Shown here piece by piece: positions 49,052-59,022 of a stretch of 64,000 bases of DNA. Below the pieces are notes generated by a model. It saw nothing but the letters and a program-made list of their open reading frames with translations. It was not told the DNA's origin and searched no databases. Positions within the stretch are counted from its first letter, which is position 1, and the number at the start of each line of letters is the position of its first letter. Made by a program: the position numbers and the translations under genes. The stretch is from Candidatus Cloacimonadales bacterium (GTDB lineage Bacteria; Cloacimonadota; Cloacimonadia; Cloacimonadales; JAFGVF01), in assembly GCA_963662585.1 (NCBI GenBank), contig OY759729.1:2880001-2944000 (forward strand). Reading direction: 5' to 3'.

Positions 49052-50804
49052 ACATATTAAATGGGTAATTAATGAGTGGAAAAAGTATAAAGGTTTAGTA
49101 GTGATAATGATTGCACTTACTATTCTAACTTCTTTTATCTCTTCAGTTTATCCATATTTATTTAAAGTATTAATAGATAAAATAGATTTTCTGCAAAAGA
49201 ATAAGGCAGATTATGCAGACCCAATGAAAGAGATTTATCGTTTTGTCTGGGTAATTCTTGGAGTAGGGGCTGTTCGTTTAATAACTTCAATCTATCCTGC
49301 TGTAAGAGCTTGGATTAATATGAAGTTTGAACACTCCCTGAGAATGAGATATTTTACTGATATCACTGAGAAAGACTATAAGTTCTTTAATAAATTCAGA
49401 ACAGGTGACTTGGTTACAAGATTAACCAATGACTTAACTGATTTTCCTAAGATTGCTTGGTTTCTCTGTTCAGGAATATTCAGGGCTTTCAACTCCTTGG
49501 TGAATATTATTTTCATAATGTTTATGATGTTCTTCTTGAATTGGAAGCTTACACTTTTTTCGCTAATTCCTCTACCAGTGATGATTGTTGTTTTCTATCT
49601 AGTAAGCACTTCTTTAGAGAGGAAATATACTAAGAATCAACAAGCAATTAGCTCAATAAATTCTCAGTTGGAATTAAGCTTCAGTGGAATTAAGATTATT
49701 AAAGCCTTCCAGTGTGAAGATAAGTATAACCGCTTCTTTGAGATTGCTTTAGAAGAAAGATATAATACTGAATACTCTTTGATAAAACTTCAGGCAGGAT
49801 TAAATCTCATCTATGAATATATTGGCTATTTTGGGCAGATTGTTATTCTCTTTTTCGGTGGCTATATGGCAGTGAAGGGAGAAATTACAGTTGGTACATT
49901 CTTAGCCTTTTATACTTACTTAATGATGATGATCTACCCAATGCTAGATCTTCCACAACTCTTCATCTCAGGAAAACAAGCCTTTGTGAATATTGATAGA
50001 TTGGAAGAAATTAAGAACTTCCCTAATGAAAACACTAGGTTTACCAATGAAGTAGCTGTAGATAAGTTTGACTCATTCCAATTCGATAATATTTCCTTTG
50101 GATATGATAAAGAAACTCTTTTTGAATCCCTTAATTTATCTATTGATTCTCAGAAGAAGACACTCCTAATGGGCGAGGTTGGTTGTGGAAAATCAACTCT
50201 TATTTCTCTACTAACAGGACTAATCAAGCCTGATTCAGGAGTCCTTCTCATTAATGATGTTAATGTTGATAAATTAAAAAGAGATGACTTCCTCAATAAT
50301 ATCGGCTATGTACCTCAAGACCCACTTCTCTTTAGCGGAACTATCTTCAGTAATGTAACTTTCGCTGTAGATGAAGTAGATCAGGAGCTATATCGCAAGG
50401 TATTGGAGACTTCTCAACTTGAGCAAGAAATTGCTAATTTTGAAAAGAAAGATCAAACAACCATTGGTGAAAAAGGAACTGCTGTTTCAGGTGGTCAAAA
50501 GCAAAGGATAGCTATTGCTAGAGCTCTGATGAGACAACCAAAGTTCTTAATCTTAGATGATATAACCTCTAGTTTAGATGCCGAAAATGAAAGAAAACTC
50601 TGGGTTAGTATGAAGAAATACTTCCCGGAAACAGGTGCCTTAATGGTGTCCCATAGAATATCTACTGTCGCCTATGCTGATGAAATTATCTTTATTAATA
50701 AAGAGCATAAGTGCTTTAAAGGGACTCACCTTGAACTTCATAAAAATAATATCGAATATAGAGAGTTTATCCAAACTCAAATGACTAGTAGCAAAAAGGG
50801 TTAA
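49044..50804 (+). CDS. ABC exporter subunit (TMD + NBD), heterodimer partner 2
   Basis: RTGDLVTR, GEVGCGKST, VSGGQKQR, ILDD, SHR. Confidence 0.93.
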   Translation: MNKHIKWVINEWKKYKGLVVIMIALTILTSFISSVYPYLFKVLIDKIDFLQKNKADYADPMKEIYRFVWVILGVGAVRLITSIYPAVRAWINMKFEHSLRMRYFTDITEKDYKFFNKFRTGDLVTRLTNDLTDFPKIAWFLCSGIFRAFNSLVNIIFIMFMMFFLNWKLTLFSLIPLPVMIVVFYLVSTSLERKYTKNQQAISSINSQLELSFSGIKIIKAFQCEDKYNRFFEIALEERYNTEYSLIKLQAGLNLIYEYIGYFGQIVILFFGGYMAVKGEITVGTFLAFYTYLMMMIYPMLDLPQLFISGKQAFVNIDRLEEIKNFPNENTRFTNEVAVDKFDSFQFDNISFGYDKETLFESLNLSIDSQKKTLLMGEVGCGKSTLISLLTGLIKPDSGVLLINDVNVDKLKRDDFLNNIGYVPQDPLLFSGTIFSNVTFAVDEVDQELYRKVLETSQLEQEIANFEKKDQTTIGEKGTAVSGGQKQRIAIARALMRQPKFLILDDITSSLDAENERKLWVSMKKYFPETGALMVSHRISTVAYADEIIFINKEHKCFKGTHLELHKNNIEYREFIQTQMTSSKKG

Positions 50805-50836
50805 CACAAAACTCTAATTCATAAAACACACAAAGT

Positions 50837-50889
50837 AATGCACTCCGACACAAGTTTTCTCCTTGTTTAAATGTTGGAGTGCATTTTTT
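50837..50889 (+). terminator. Intrinsic terminator after ABC exporter genes
   Basis: AATGCACTCCGACA...TGTTGGAGTGCATT stem followed by T run. Confidence 0.7.
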
Positions 50890-51361
50890 ATGTTTTTAAA
50901 ATATCCTAGAAAGGGTACTTAAGAGACTCCTATATTCTTTGCATTCGCAAGAGAGTTGAACCACTATTGGTGTTTTTCTGAAGCAATATTTAGTAACGAA
51001 TTCTTATTAGTTATAATAAATCTGGGATTATTATCGCTTCGCAATGAGGCTGATAAAATGTCCACCGTCCGATAAAAGATGCTTAAATCTCTGTTATTTT
51101 ATCTGTGTGGGCTAGCTTTATGCGAATACTCCTATGTTATTGACTTTCTCTTTGGTAATTTAATTCTTCTTCAGGTTCTCTCTCCTTAGTCCTTAAGAGG
51201 CATCTCAATAATTTTTTGATTGTTATTTTGGATGACTTTTAAGGGCTAATTGAGGAGTGGCAAGAGAAGGTAAATAGTTCTAGCAAAAAAAGGCTCAAGT
51301 TCAAGTCAGGTAGAAGTAAATTGTCTCTTATAGGGTTCAACAAGACCCTAAAAAAACATAT

Positions 51362-51550
51362 GGTTCTCTCTCAAGTAGAGTGGGAACTAAATCTAATAGT
51401 ATATCAAGAAACATCAAAATCTTCTTAGCTGCCTCTGCAGCTAGTAGAATGGTGCATTTTTCATAGCCTGTATTTGATGTGAACCTAGTATTCTTTAAAG
51501 ACACCTCTATAACTTTTTTTTCTAAAATGCACTCTACTCTGGAGAGAGCC
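51362..51550. mobile_element. MITE with ISL3-like terminal inverted repeats (copy 2, 189 bp)
   Basis: GGTTCTCTCTCAAGTAGAGTG ... CACTCTACTCTGGAGAGAGCC flanked by exact 8-bp direct repeat AAACATAT (51354-51361 and 51551-51558). Confidence 0.85.
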
Positions 51551-51785
51551 AAACATATTTCATAAACAGTTACTCTAAATCTGTATATTCATGATATATG
51601 GTGTCTTAACTATATGTATAAATGTCATTTTATCAATTAAATTGCATTTAAATAAAAAAATAATCCATATATAGTAAGATAAAAAAAGAATTGACAGTTA
51701 ATTTTAAAATAGTAATAATTGAATTAGTATAGATAATTGGTTGAAAAAAGTCTATATCAAATTGAAAAAATGCAAAGGAGCTGAG

Positions 51786-53660
51786 ATGAAAAGTTTACTA
51801 GTGTTAATTTTAAGTCTTTCTTTTATCGGTTGTGCTAATTATAAGAGTTTGGATGATGTTTATTTTAATCAAGAAGCTGATCAAATAGTTTCAAATCAAG
51901 AAAATTTACAACTTTTTACAGGTAAACTCAAAATTAAAATTGATGATGAAAAGTTCGTATTGGATATTAAAAATGGAGTAAATTTTACAGAAAATATGAC
52001 TTTAAATCTATCCCAGGTAGAAGAATCTTGTGAGGATGGAAACGGCCCCTTGCTAATAAAAGGAACAGGCCTACCTTTCACTGGGGATTTAATAATTATA
52101 AATGAAGGAATTGATACTTTCTTAAAATTGTATTCCCTTGAATCTTATCTACCTATAAAAATAATTACTGAATCTAATTTTAGCTTTGATAGAACTTATA
52201 ATCCGAAAAAATATAAATTTATAGATTATCTTAATACTCCATATTTTGATGATTACCAAGAAGAAGTAGAACTATATGAAATGTCGTATGAAGAAGCAAT
52301 ATTATATGAAAATAAATTATATGAAGAATTTAAAGATTCTCAGCGTTTTAATGAGTTAGAAATAGAACTAAATATGGAGACGGAAGACAATCTTGAAGAG
52401 GATATTACTGGAGATCTTGAAGCTGGCCCAATTTTGGTCAGACCTCTTTCTAATGGATTTTTTATGGATAAACTAGGAGATATGCAAAGGTTTAACCCTG
52501 AAATTATAGCTGATGTTTCTTTAATTGATGGTTTTCATTCATTGTATTTTGATGACTTTGAAAAATACATAATCAATTATGACAATGGAGTTTTAACAGG
52601 AGAGATGCAAGAGTATAATTTTAAAAAACTTATTAAAGAGGTTGAGTTAATGTCATTAGAAGATTTCTTAGTTTATACAAAGAAATCTCCGACTGATTAT
52701 CCGAATGAAAATCTTCAATCTAATCATTTAATTAAAAAAGAGTATTGGTCAAATGGCACTATTAAAAGTCTTATATCGTATAAAATCAATGAAAATACAC
52801 TCAATGGCCCAGTTTTAGCCTATAGTAAAAAAGGTACCCTAAGAGCTGAGGCTAGTTTCCTAGATAATGAATTGATTGGCCATTCAAAGATTTATGACGA
52901 TTTAGGAACTATTGATGAAGTCGCTTTTTATGAAGATGGAAGAACATCATTAATCCATTATTATTACCCAAATGGACAAATTAGGGAAACTATAAGCTAT
53001 GTCGATAGTTCTTATGCTAGAACCGAGAGTAAATACTATCCAAACGGACAATTATTATATTCCTTAATCTATGATACAGAGGATAATCTGAGCAATAAGG
53101 AATTTAAAGTTTACTATGAAAATGGTAATTTAAAACTATCAATGCAAGAAAATAATGGTTTAATTGATGGTATTGTTGAAGAATACTATGCTAATGGCCA
53201 GATTAAGAGTACTACAAATTATAAAGATGGCTTAGTCGCGGGGAAATGGTCATTTTGGAAAAAAGATGGAAGCATTCTCGATGATGGAGAAGTAAAAAAT
53301 GGTACTGGTTTATATACTTATTATGATTTTGAAAATGATATGGCTCATAGTTTAGCCTATGAAAATTATAACATTATCAGCCTAGCTATCTTAGATTACC
53401 ATGATGAGCTTGATGAATTTGAAATTATTGATGGGATTCTAAGTAGTAAGAAAAGTAGTGATGAAGATGATGTTATTGATGAAGATGATGATTTTGATGA
53501 AGACAGTTTGTCCCAGAAGTTAGAAATGGAACATTTTATTAGGATGATATCTTATAATGATTTCCCTTTTGATGGCTCTTTTCCTGAATTGATAAATTTT
53601 TACATAGATGAAATTATAACTTCTGATTGGGAGAAAGATTCTGATGAGACTAGTTACTAG
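51786..53660 (+). CDS. MORN-variant (YwqK-like) repeat lipoprotein, very acidic
   Basis: Lipobox FIGC after AAGGAG RBS (start 51786); repeated YY.NG.(I/L) units; Asp/Glu-rich tail. Confidence 0.8.
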   Translation: MKSLLVLILSLSFIGCANYKSLDDVYFNQEADQIVSNQENLQLFTGKLKIKIDDEKFVLDIKNGVNFTENMTLNLSQVEESCEDGNGPLLIKGTGLPFTGDLIIINEGIDTFLKLYSLESYLPIKIITESNFSFDRTYNPKKYKFIDYLNTPYFDDYQEEVELYEMSYEEAILYENKLYEEFKDSQRFNELEIELNMETEDNLEEDITGDLEAGPILVRPLSNGFFMDKLGDMQRFNPEIIADVSLIDGFHSLYFDDFEKYIINYDNGVLTGEMQEYNFKKLIKEVELMSLEDFLVYTKKSPTDYPNENLQSNHLIKKEYWSNGTIKSLISYKINENTLNGPVLAYSKKGTLRAEASFLDNELIGHSKIYDDLGTIDEVAFYEDGRTSLIHYYYPNGQIRETISYVDSSYARTESKYYPNGQLLYSLIYDTEDNLSNKEFKVYYENGNLKLSMQENNGLIDGIVEEYYANGQIKSTTNYKDGLVAGKWSFWKKDGSILDDGEVKNGTGLYTYYDFENDMAHSLAYENYNIISLAILDYHDELDEFEIIDGILSSKKSSDEDDVIDEDDDFDEDSLSQKLEMEHFIRMISYNDFPFDGSFPELINFYIDEIITSDWEKDSDETSY

Positions 53661-53711
53661 TTTATAATAAAAAAAGTAATTTAAGCATAGAAAAAGAATT
53701 AAGGAGAGAAT

Positions 53712-54398
53712 ATGAAAAGAATTCTGATTTTAATCATAGTATTTTATAGTTTAAGTTTATTTGGTAGTTCAATTACAGATTTAACATTAGAAGAGAATCT
53801 TATAGTTGATAAATTAATAGCTCAAAATGTAGAAGAGATCTACAATAGTTTTCAGGAAGTTCCTGACTTAAAGTTTACTGATAGTAATGGTAGAGCTATT
53901 GAAGGATTTGGTATGTACTTTGAAAGTGATATCAATGAGAAAGTCTTTACCAATGTCAAGAAGTCCTTTACTAAGACCAGATTTAGGGTATATGAGAAAG
54001 AGAGAGTTGATAAGTTATTGCAAGAACAATCCATCCAAATGCAAGATTTTTACTCTAAAGAGGGTCGTTTGAGAATTGGTAAATTTACTCAATGGAAAGG
54101 ATTTTTAATTGGTAATGTTAAAAGTAGGATAGAGAATAAACTTGGCAAGAAAGGGATCTATTTAGAAATCTCTTGTGATTTTATAAACTTAGAGACTGGG
54201 GAATTGATTTGGAGTGAAACATTCAGTAGTTTCCATAAGATGAATTTAGCTCTTTACTACTATTTTATTGGTATTTTTCTTATTTTGCTATTAGCTTGGC
54301 TTTTTAATAATCTGAGTCAGGGCTCCAAAACAAGTTTAATTATGGGGCTAGCAGTAGTCTTAATGCTTGCTTTTACAATTTGGTATTTTGTTTTATAA
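53712..54398 (+). CDS. CsgG/LpoB-like domain protein with two C-terminal TM helices
   Basis: Signal peptide; RFRVYEKERVDKLLQEQ...IG..INLETGELIWS pattern. Confidence 0.6.
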   Translation: MKRILILIIVFYSLSLFGSSITDLTLEENLIVDKLIAQNVEEIYNSFQEVPDLKFTDSNGRAIEGFGMYFESDINEKVFTNVKKSFTKTRFRVYEKERVDKLLQEQSIQMQDFYSKEGRLRIGKFTQWKGFLIGNVKSRIENKLGKKGIYLEISCDFINLETGELIWSETFSSFHKMNLALYYYFIGIFLILLLAWLFNNLSQGSKTSLIMGLAVVLMLAFTIWYFVL

Positions 54399-54408
54399 GG
54401 TGGTTACA

Positions 54409-55752
54409 ATGAAATTAAAAAGTAAGATCTTTCTATTGTTTATAATATTAATTATTTTAGTTTCTTGTTCTAACAATCAAAAACAGATTGTGGAAAATAA
54501 TCAACAAATGAGAAAAAATACTATATCTAAAATAGAATTACCCTGGTATATAGCTAACACCCCTCAGAATAACTCTAAAATAATCTATGGAATAGGTAGT
54601 GGTAGTAGCTTGGAGGGTGCTGTCGCATCTGCCAAAGAGAGTATCTCTAGCTTCTATAAACTGTATGTGGAAAATCAATACCAAGGTTATGAAGAGTCTA
54701 ACCAAATTAATAACCAAGAGTATTATCAAGAGTATATATCTCATCAAAAAAAATTATTATCTAATCTCAATATCCCAGGTATTACGATTGTTGAAACTGA
54801 TAGAGTTGATAAACAGTACTATGCACTCGCTTCTTTAGAAAAAGAGATTTTAGAAAGAAGCCAAAGGGATATTAGATATCAGATAGAAGAGTCTTTGAAT
54901 AGAGGGGTAGAGGAAACTAATCCCGGATTGAAATTACAATCATATTATTTAGCAGCTTCTTTGTTGAGCAAGTTGATTGAACCTGTGGAGTATCAAGGTA
55001 AGTTAGCATTTAATTTCATTGCCGAAGAGACTATTTCCATTTTTGAAAATATTAAGATAGACTATTTCTTTACCAGTCATTCTCGCTTAACAGAGTACCA
55101 AGGATTAGTGGTGTCGATAAAATCTAATATGGATGTTTTAAGTGGCATCCCTATGTCTTTAGGAAATGTTAACTGTTATCCTGATAATGAAGGAAGGTAT
55201 TACTTAAAAAGCAAAGAAAGCAGTCCTTATAACTTAATGATAAAGGTCGCAGTTGATAACCTTAAATTATCTCCTGAATTGCAAGGAAGAGAAATAGCAG
55301 ATGCCAGGAAATTAATTAGTCTTTTAACACCTTTTGAACAGAATTTATATATAATTCCTCCGGTTGAGATTACTGCTTATCTTGATTTAAAACACTTTGT
55401 TAATAATGAAGTAGCTGGAAATAATCAATTGCTAAATCAGGTTAAGCAATATCTTCTTCAAAACAATATTTCACTTACAGATTACCAAAAAGATGCTAAT
55501 ATGATATTATCAATAAGTACTTACTGTGATGAATCATCGTATAATCAGTATTTAGGTTTTGCTTATAAAGCGGGGGGGACTATCTCCTTTAAAGGTGTAA
55601 ATAAAGAAATAGAAGTCAGGGATTTAAACGATAATAAAACAAGAGAGAAAACTAAGAGTTTTGCTCAACAGAAAATACAAGCAGTTTCTTCAGCAACTGA
55701 AATTTTAAACGATCTCATCATTGAGGAGTTGAAGAAGATTAGGCTTAAATAG
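54409..55752 (+). CDS. LPP20-like lipoprotein
   Basis: Lipobox LVSC; P.W...YGIGSG...A..SA...IS...YYALA motif; start likely 54409. Confidence 0.6.
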   Translation: MKLKSKIFLLFIILIILVSCSNNQKQIVENNQQMRKNTISKIELPWYIANTPQNNSKIIYGIGSGSSLEGAVASAKESISSFYKLYVENQYQGYEESNQINNQEYYQEYISHQKKLLSNLNIPGITIVETDRVDKQYYALASLEKEILERSQRDIRYQIEESLNRGVEETNPGLKLQSYYLAASLLSKLIEPVEYQGKLAFNFIAEETISIFENIKIDYFFTSHSRLTEYQGLVVSIKSNMDVLSGIPMSLGNVNCYPDNEGRYYLKSKESSPYNLMIKVAVDNLKLSPELQGREIADARKLISLLTPFEQNLYIIPPVEITAYLDLKHFVNNEVAGNNQLLNQVKQYLLQNNISLTDYQKDANMILSISTYCDESSYNQYLGFAYKAGGTISFKGVNKEIEVRDLNDNKTREKTKSFAQQKIQAVSSATEILNDLIIEELKKIRLK

Positions 55753-55769
55753 CTAAATAAGGAGTTAGA

Positions 55770-58073
55770 ATGAATAATCAAGAGTGGAAAAATTTGTTGG
55801 ATCCAGCAGATAGAAGTATATTAGACAAAAAGATAAGGACACTTGCAGAGATAGGGAAAATAGCAAAAAAAATAGCAGATAAGAAGAAAAAAGAACGAAC
55901 ATTTGTGCGGAAAACAGCTCATAAGATTTTAGGAAGTCAAGAGACTGCTATAAATTTAAAAAAGGATATGGATGAAGAGATTGCTTTAAGAAAAAATGCT
56001 AGTGACCCTTTAGAAAGAATTTCAGTTTTTGCTCATGCCTTACTTGTGTTAATCGAGTGTGAAGAGTTAAATTCTATGAATAATCCAGTATATAAACAGG
56101 CCTATCTTCAATATGAAGTAGGATATATTCAAGAAGTTCAAAAATTCGTAGATATGCAGTATAAAGAAGATTTTAATAATGTTTTGATTAATCATTTAGA
56201 AAATGCATTAGAAGTTTTAGTTGAGAAAAAGAATAGTGAAGCTGTGAAAAGACTGAAAGAAATCCCAAACTACAAAAAACTTTTGGATTCTTATAAACAA
56301 TTAAAAATGAAGTTTGATTCATTGTTAAAGAACTTTAATAAAGAAGATTTAAAAGAGTGTATTCAACTACTTTGTATTTTGCAAAATAATGATTTATCCC
56401 AAAAAGTAGCTAAGGATTTGGTTAACTCCCTCCAAAAATTATATCAAAAGATAAGTCTAGAGCTTGTTAACAATATAATATTTGAGCAAAATCAAGTAGC
56501 TCCTAGCATTCAAGCAATTATTTCTTCCATTGATAAATATCTTGATATTAGAAATGCTTTTGGTGTTTCAGGAATTGATTTGGGTAGTGAAGAATATTCT
56601 GCTAAGAGGGATGACTTAAAGAACTTAAGTATTGAATTATTGGAAGTTAACAAAAATATTGAAGAAGAACTGAAAAGTATTTCTAGCGAATCAGCTTCCT
56701 CGGAAAATAAACTGGTTAACTATCTCAAATTTGAACGAGAACTTGAACAATATTTAAAGAAGTTTGCTTATCCTTTTGTTGAATCACAAAAGCAAATTAT
56801 GAGAATTAAAGATATTCAGCAACAAATCCAAGAGAAGAGTCTGCAAATGCGTAAACAATTTTTAGCTCCTTTTAAGGAGAAGATGAAACTTAATGCCTCA
56901 CTTATTCTAAAAGAACAATTGTTTCTCTGGAATAACTTAGAAAAGAAGATTAATAATGAAGTTGATTTACTTGCTAAACAAGGAATTAATTTGCTGGAAT
57001 TAAATGATCTTCTTCCAGAATTAGAGGCAACAAGACTGAACTTTATCAAGAATAAACTGCAAGAACTCCAAATTAATAAAGACAAATTCTGTGAGTATCA
57101 GGAGGCTTTGACCCTATTAGCCCAAGAACTGTCTCCAAGTGATATTGAAACATCTGGTATAGCATCTGAGTTAAAGAAAGTTGTTGAGTTCGGACAGGAA
57201 ATTGAGACTGCTCAACAATATATGAATAAACTAAAATCTGTTGAAGTTGAAGATTTTAAACCTTATGACTTTTATTCAGAGATATCTTTTTTAGAGAAAT
57301 TCATAACTAATAATAGAACAAGTAAGTTTATTATCTGCTCTGATATTAAAGCAATATTTACTGATATTGTTGAGTACTATAAATCATTGCTTATAATATC
57401 CACTGAGTTTTATCAGAAGAATGCCTGGAAAGGTAATCTTATCCTACAAAAACCAGGGACTCAAGTAAAAATCATTTTGTTGGATAAAGCTCAATTGCAA
57501 ATTGGAAGAGCAGATAAAAGTGGTCAACTAATTACTGGAAATAGACTATCTCTACCCTGGAATAGAATTTCAGGAGAACACTTCTTGATTGATTTTCAGC
57601 AAGCTTTTCTGAAAGATCTAAATTCTTCTAATGGTACTTATATCAATAAACTTCCGCAAAAAATTACTAGTGAATCTCTAGCTAGTGTTAAGGAGTTTAA
57701 TTTGGCATGCGATCTTACCTTTAAACTGGTTTATGATCCTAAAAATTATAGTGTCTTCAATTTTAGTAGTTTTAGTACTAATTTTGATAACACTCCAGTA
57801 TTCATAACTAAACAGGCTTTAGAAGATAAACTAAGAGACAGCTTTTTTGTTTATTTGCCTACTGACCAAGCTAATAGCAAACTCTTCATTAGGAAATATA
57901 ATGGGATGATTGTCATGGATAGTGAAGTGCTAGATAAAGATGATTGCTATATAATCGAAAGGGACCAAGATTCTTTCTACTATACTGATACTAAAGAAAA
58001 TATCTATAAACAACCAATTCAAAAAGAAAATAATAACTTCATGACTTTAGTTGTAACAAACTTGATGATATAA
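55770..58073 (+). CDS. Coiled-coil protein with C-terminal FHA domain
   Basis: IGR...RISGEHF...LKDLNSSNGTYIN carries the conserved FHA G-R, S-x-x-H and N-G-T residues. Confidence 0.82.
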   Translation: MNNQEWKNLLDPADRSILDKKIRTLAEIGKIAKKIADKKKKERTFVRKTAHKILGSQETAINLKKDMDEEIALRKNASDPLERISVFAHALLVLIECEELNSMNNPVYKQAYLQYEVGYIQEVQKFVDMQYKEDFNNVLINHLENALEVLVEKKNSEAVKRLKEIPNYKKLLDSYKQLKMKFDSLLKNFNKEDLKECIQLLCILQNNDLSQKVAKDLVNSLQKLYQKISLELVNNIIFEQNQVAPSIQAIISSIDKYLDIRNAFGVSGIDLGSEEYSAKRDDLKNLSIELLEVNKNIEEELKSISSESASSENKLVNYLKFERELEQYLKKFAYPFVESQKQIMRIKDIQQQIQEKSLQMRKQFLAPFKEKMKLNASLILKEQLFLWNNLEKKINNEVDLLAKQGINLLELNDLLPELEATRLNFIKNKLQELQINKDKFCEYQEALTLLAQELSPSDIETSGIASELKKVVEFGQEIETAQQYMNKLKSVEVEDFKPYDFYSEISFLEKFITNNRTSKFIICSDIKAIFTDIVEYYKSLLIISTEFYQKNAWKGNLILQKPGTQVKIILLDKAQLQIGRADKSGQLITGNRLSLPWNRISGEHFLIDFQQAFLKDLNSSNGTYINKLPQKITSESLASVKEFNLACDLTFKLVYDPKNYSVFNFSSFSTNFDNTPVFITKQALEDKLRDSFFVYLPTDQANSKLFIRKYNGMIVMDSEVLDKDDCYIIERDQDSFYYTDTKENIYKQPIQKENNNFMTLVVTNLMI

Positions 58074-58099
58074 AAAATTATTTTTTTAAAGGAGTAAAA

Positions 58100-58945
58100 A
58101 TGACTTTTTGTACAGAATGTGGTAAAAGCTATCAGGATGAAGCTAATTTTTGTCCTTATTGTGGCAAAGCAAATGTTTTAAAGGATAATCGTAAGCAGGA
58201 AAATAATAAAGCTAATGAATTCAGAAACTCTATAGATGACTTCATCTTTGTTGAAGGTGATACTTTTAAAATGGGATCTGAAGATGGGGCTGAAAACGAA
58301 AAACCTGTTCATCTAGTTTCCCTTTCTGATTTTTATATTGCAAAATATCCAGTAACTCAAAGTGAGTGGGAAGAAGTGATGGGGAAAAATCCTTCACATT
58401 ATAAAGGAAATAAAAAAAATCCAGTAGAAAGTATAACTTGGTATGAGGCAATAGAATATTGTAATAAGAAGAGTATTAATGAAGGCTTAAAACCAGCCTA
58501 TTCTGGCTCAGGAGAAAGCACTAAATGTACTTTTAGAAATAATGGATATCGCTTACCAACTGAAGCTGAGTGGGAATATGCAGCAAAGGGTGGTAAACTT
58601 TCCAAAGGATATATTTATAGTGGGAGTAATAATATTAAAAAAGTAGCAGAATTTGAAGGTAATAATCATTATTGTACTAAACCTGTAGGTGGAAAAAAAG
58701 CTAACGAACTTGGTCTCTATGATATGACAGGTAATGTTTTGGAGTGGTGTTGGGATTGGTTTGGACATTATATATATGATTTGCTGATTGATCCACAAGG
58801 ACCTACAGCAGGTTCTAACCGCGTGATTAGGGGTGGGAGCTTTTACAACTCAGCTCATTCTTGCCGTGTAGTGCGTCGTAGTTACAGTTTCCCAGCTAAT
58901 AGCATTAACTACATAGGCTTCAGACTTGTTCGTAGTTCAGATTAG
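58100..58945 (+). CDS. Zn-ribbon + FGE-sulfatase (CLec-fold) protein
   Basis: FCTECG..FCPYCG; YRLPTEAEWEYAA, NELGLYDMTGNV.EW, RVIRGGS, IGFRL. Confidence 0.9.
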   Translation: MTFCTECGKSYQDEANFCPYCGKANVLKDNRKQENNKANEFRNSIDDFIFVEGDTFKMGSEDGAENEKPVHLVSLSDFYIAKYPVTQSEWEEVMGKNPSHYKGNKKNPVESITWYEAIEYCNKKSINEGLKPAYSGSGESTKCTFRNNGYRLPTEAEWEYAAKGGKLSKGYIYSGSNNIKKVAEFEGNNHYCTKPVGGKKANELGLYDMTGNVLEWCWDWFGHYIYDLLIDPQGPTAGSNRVIRGGSFYNSAHSCRVVRRSYSFPANSINYIGFRLVRSSD

Positions 58946-59022
58946 TTTTTTGAGCTATTAACAAGATTAAAAAATTAAAGTATAAATTTTGAAATAATAG
59001 AAAAATATTCAAAGGAGCTAAA

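Noticed and set aside
51337..51552. 71-aa minus-strand ORF
   Set aside because: Coincides with the MITE; no transposase motifs.
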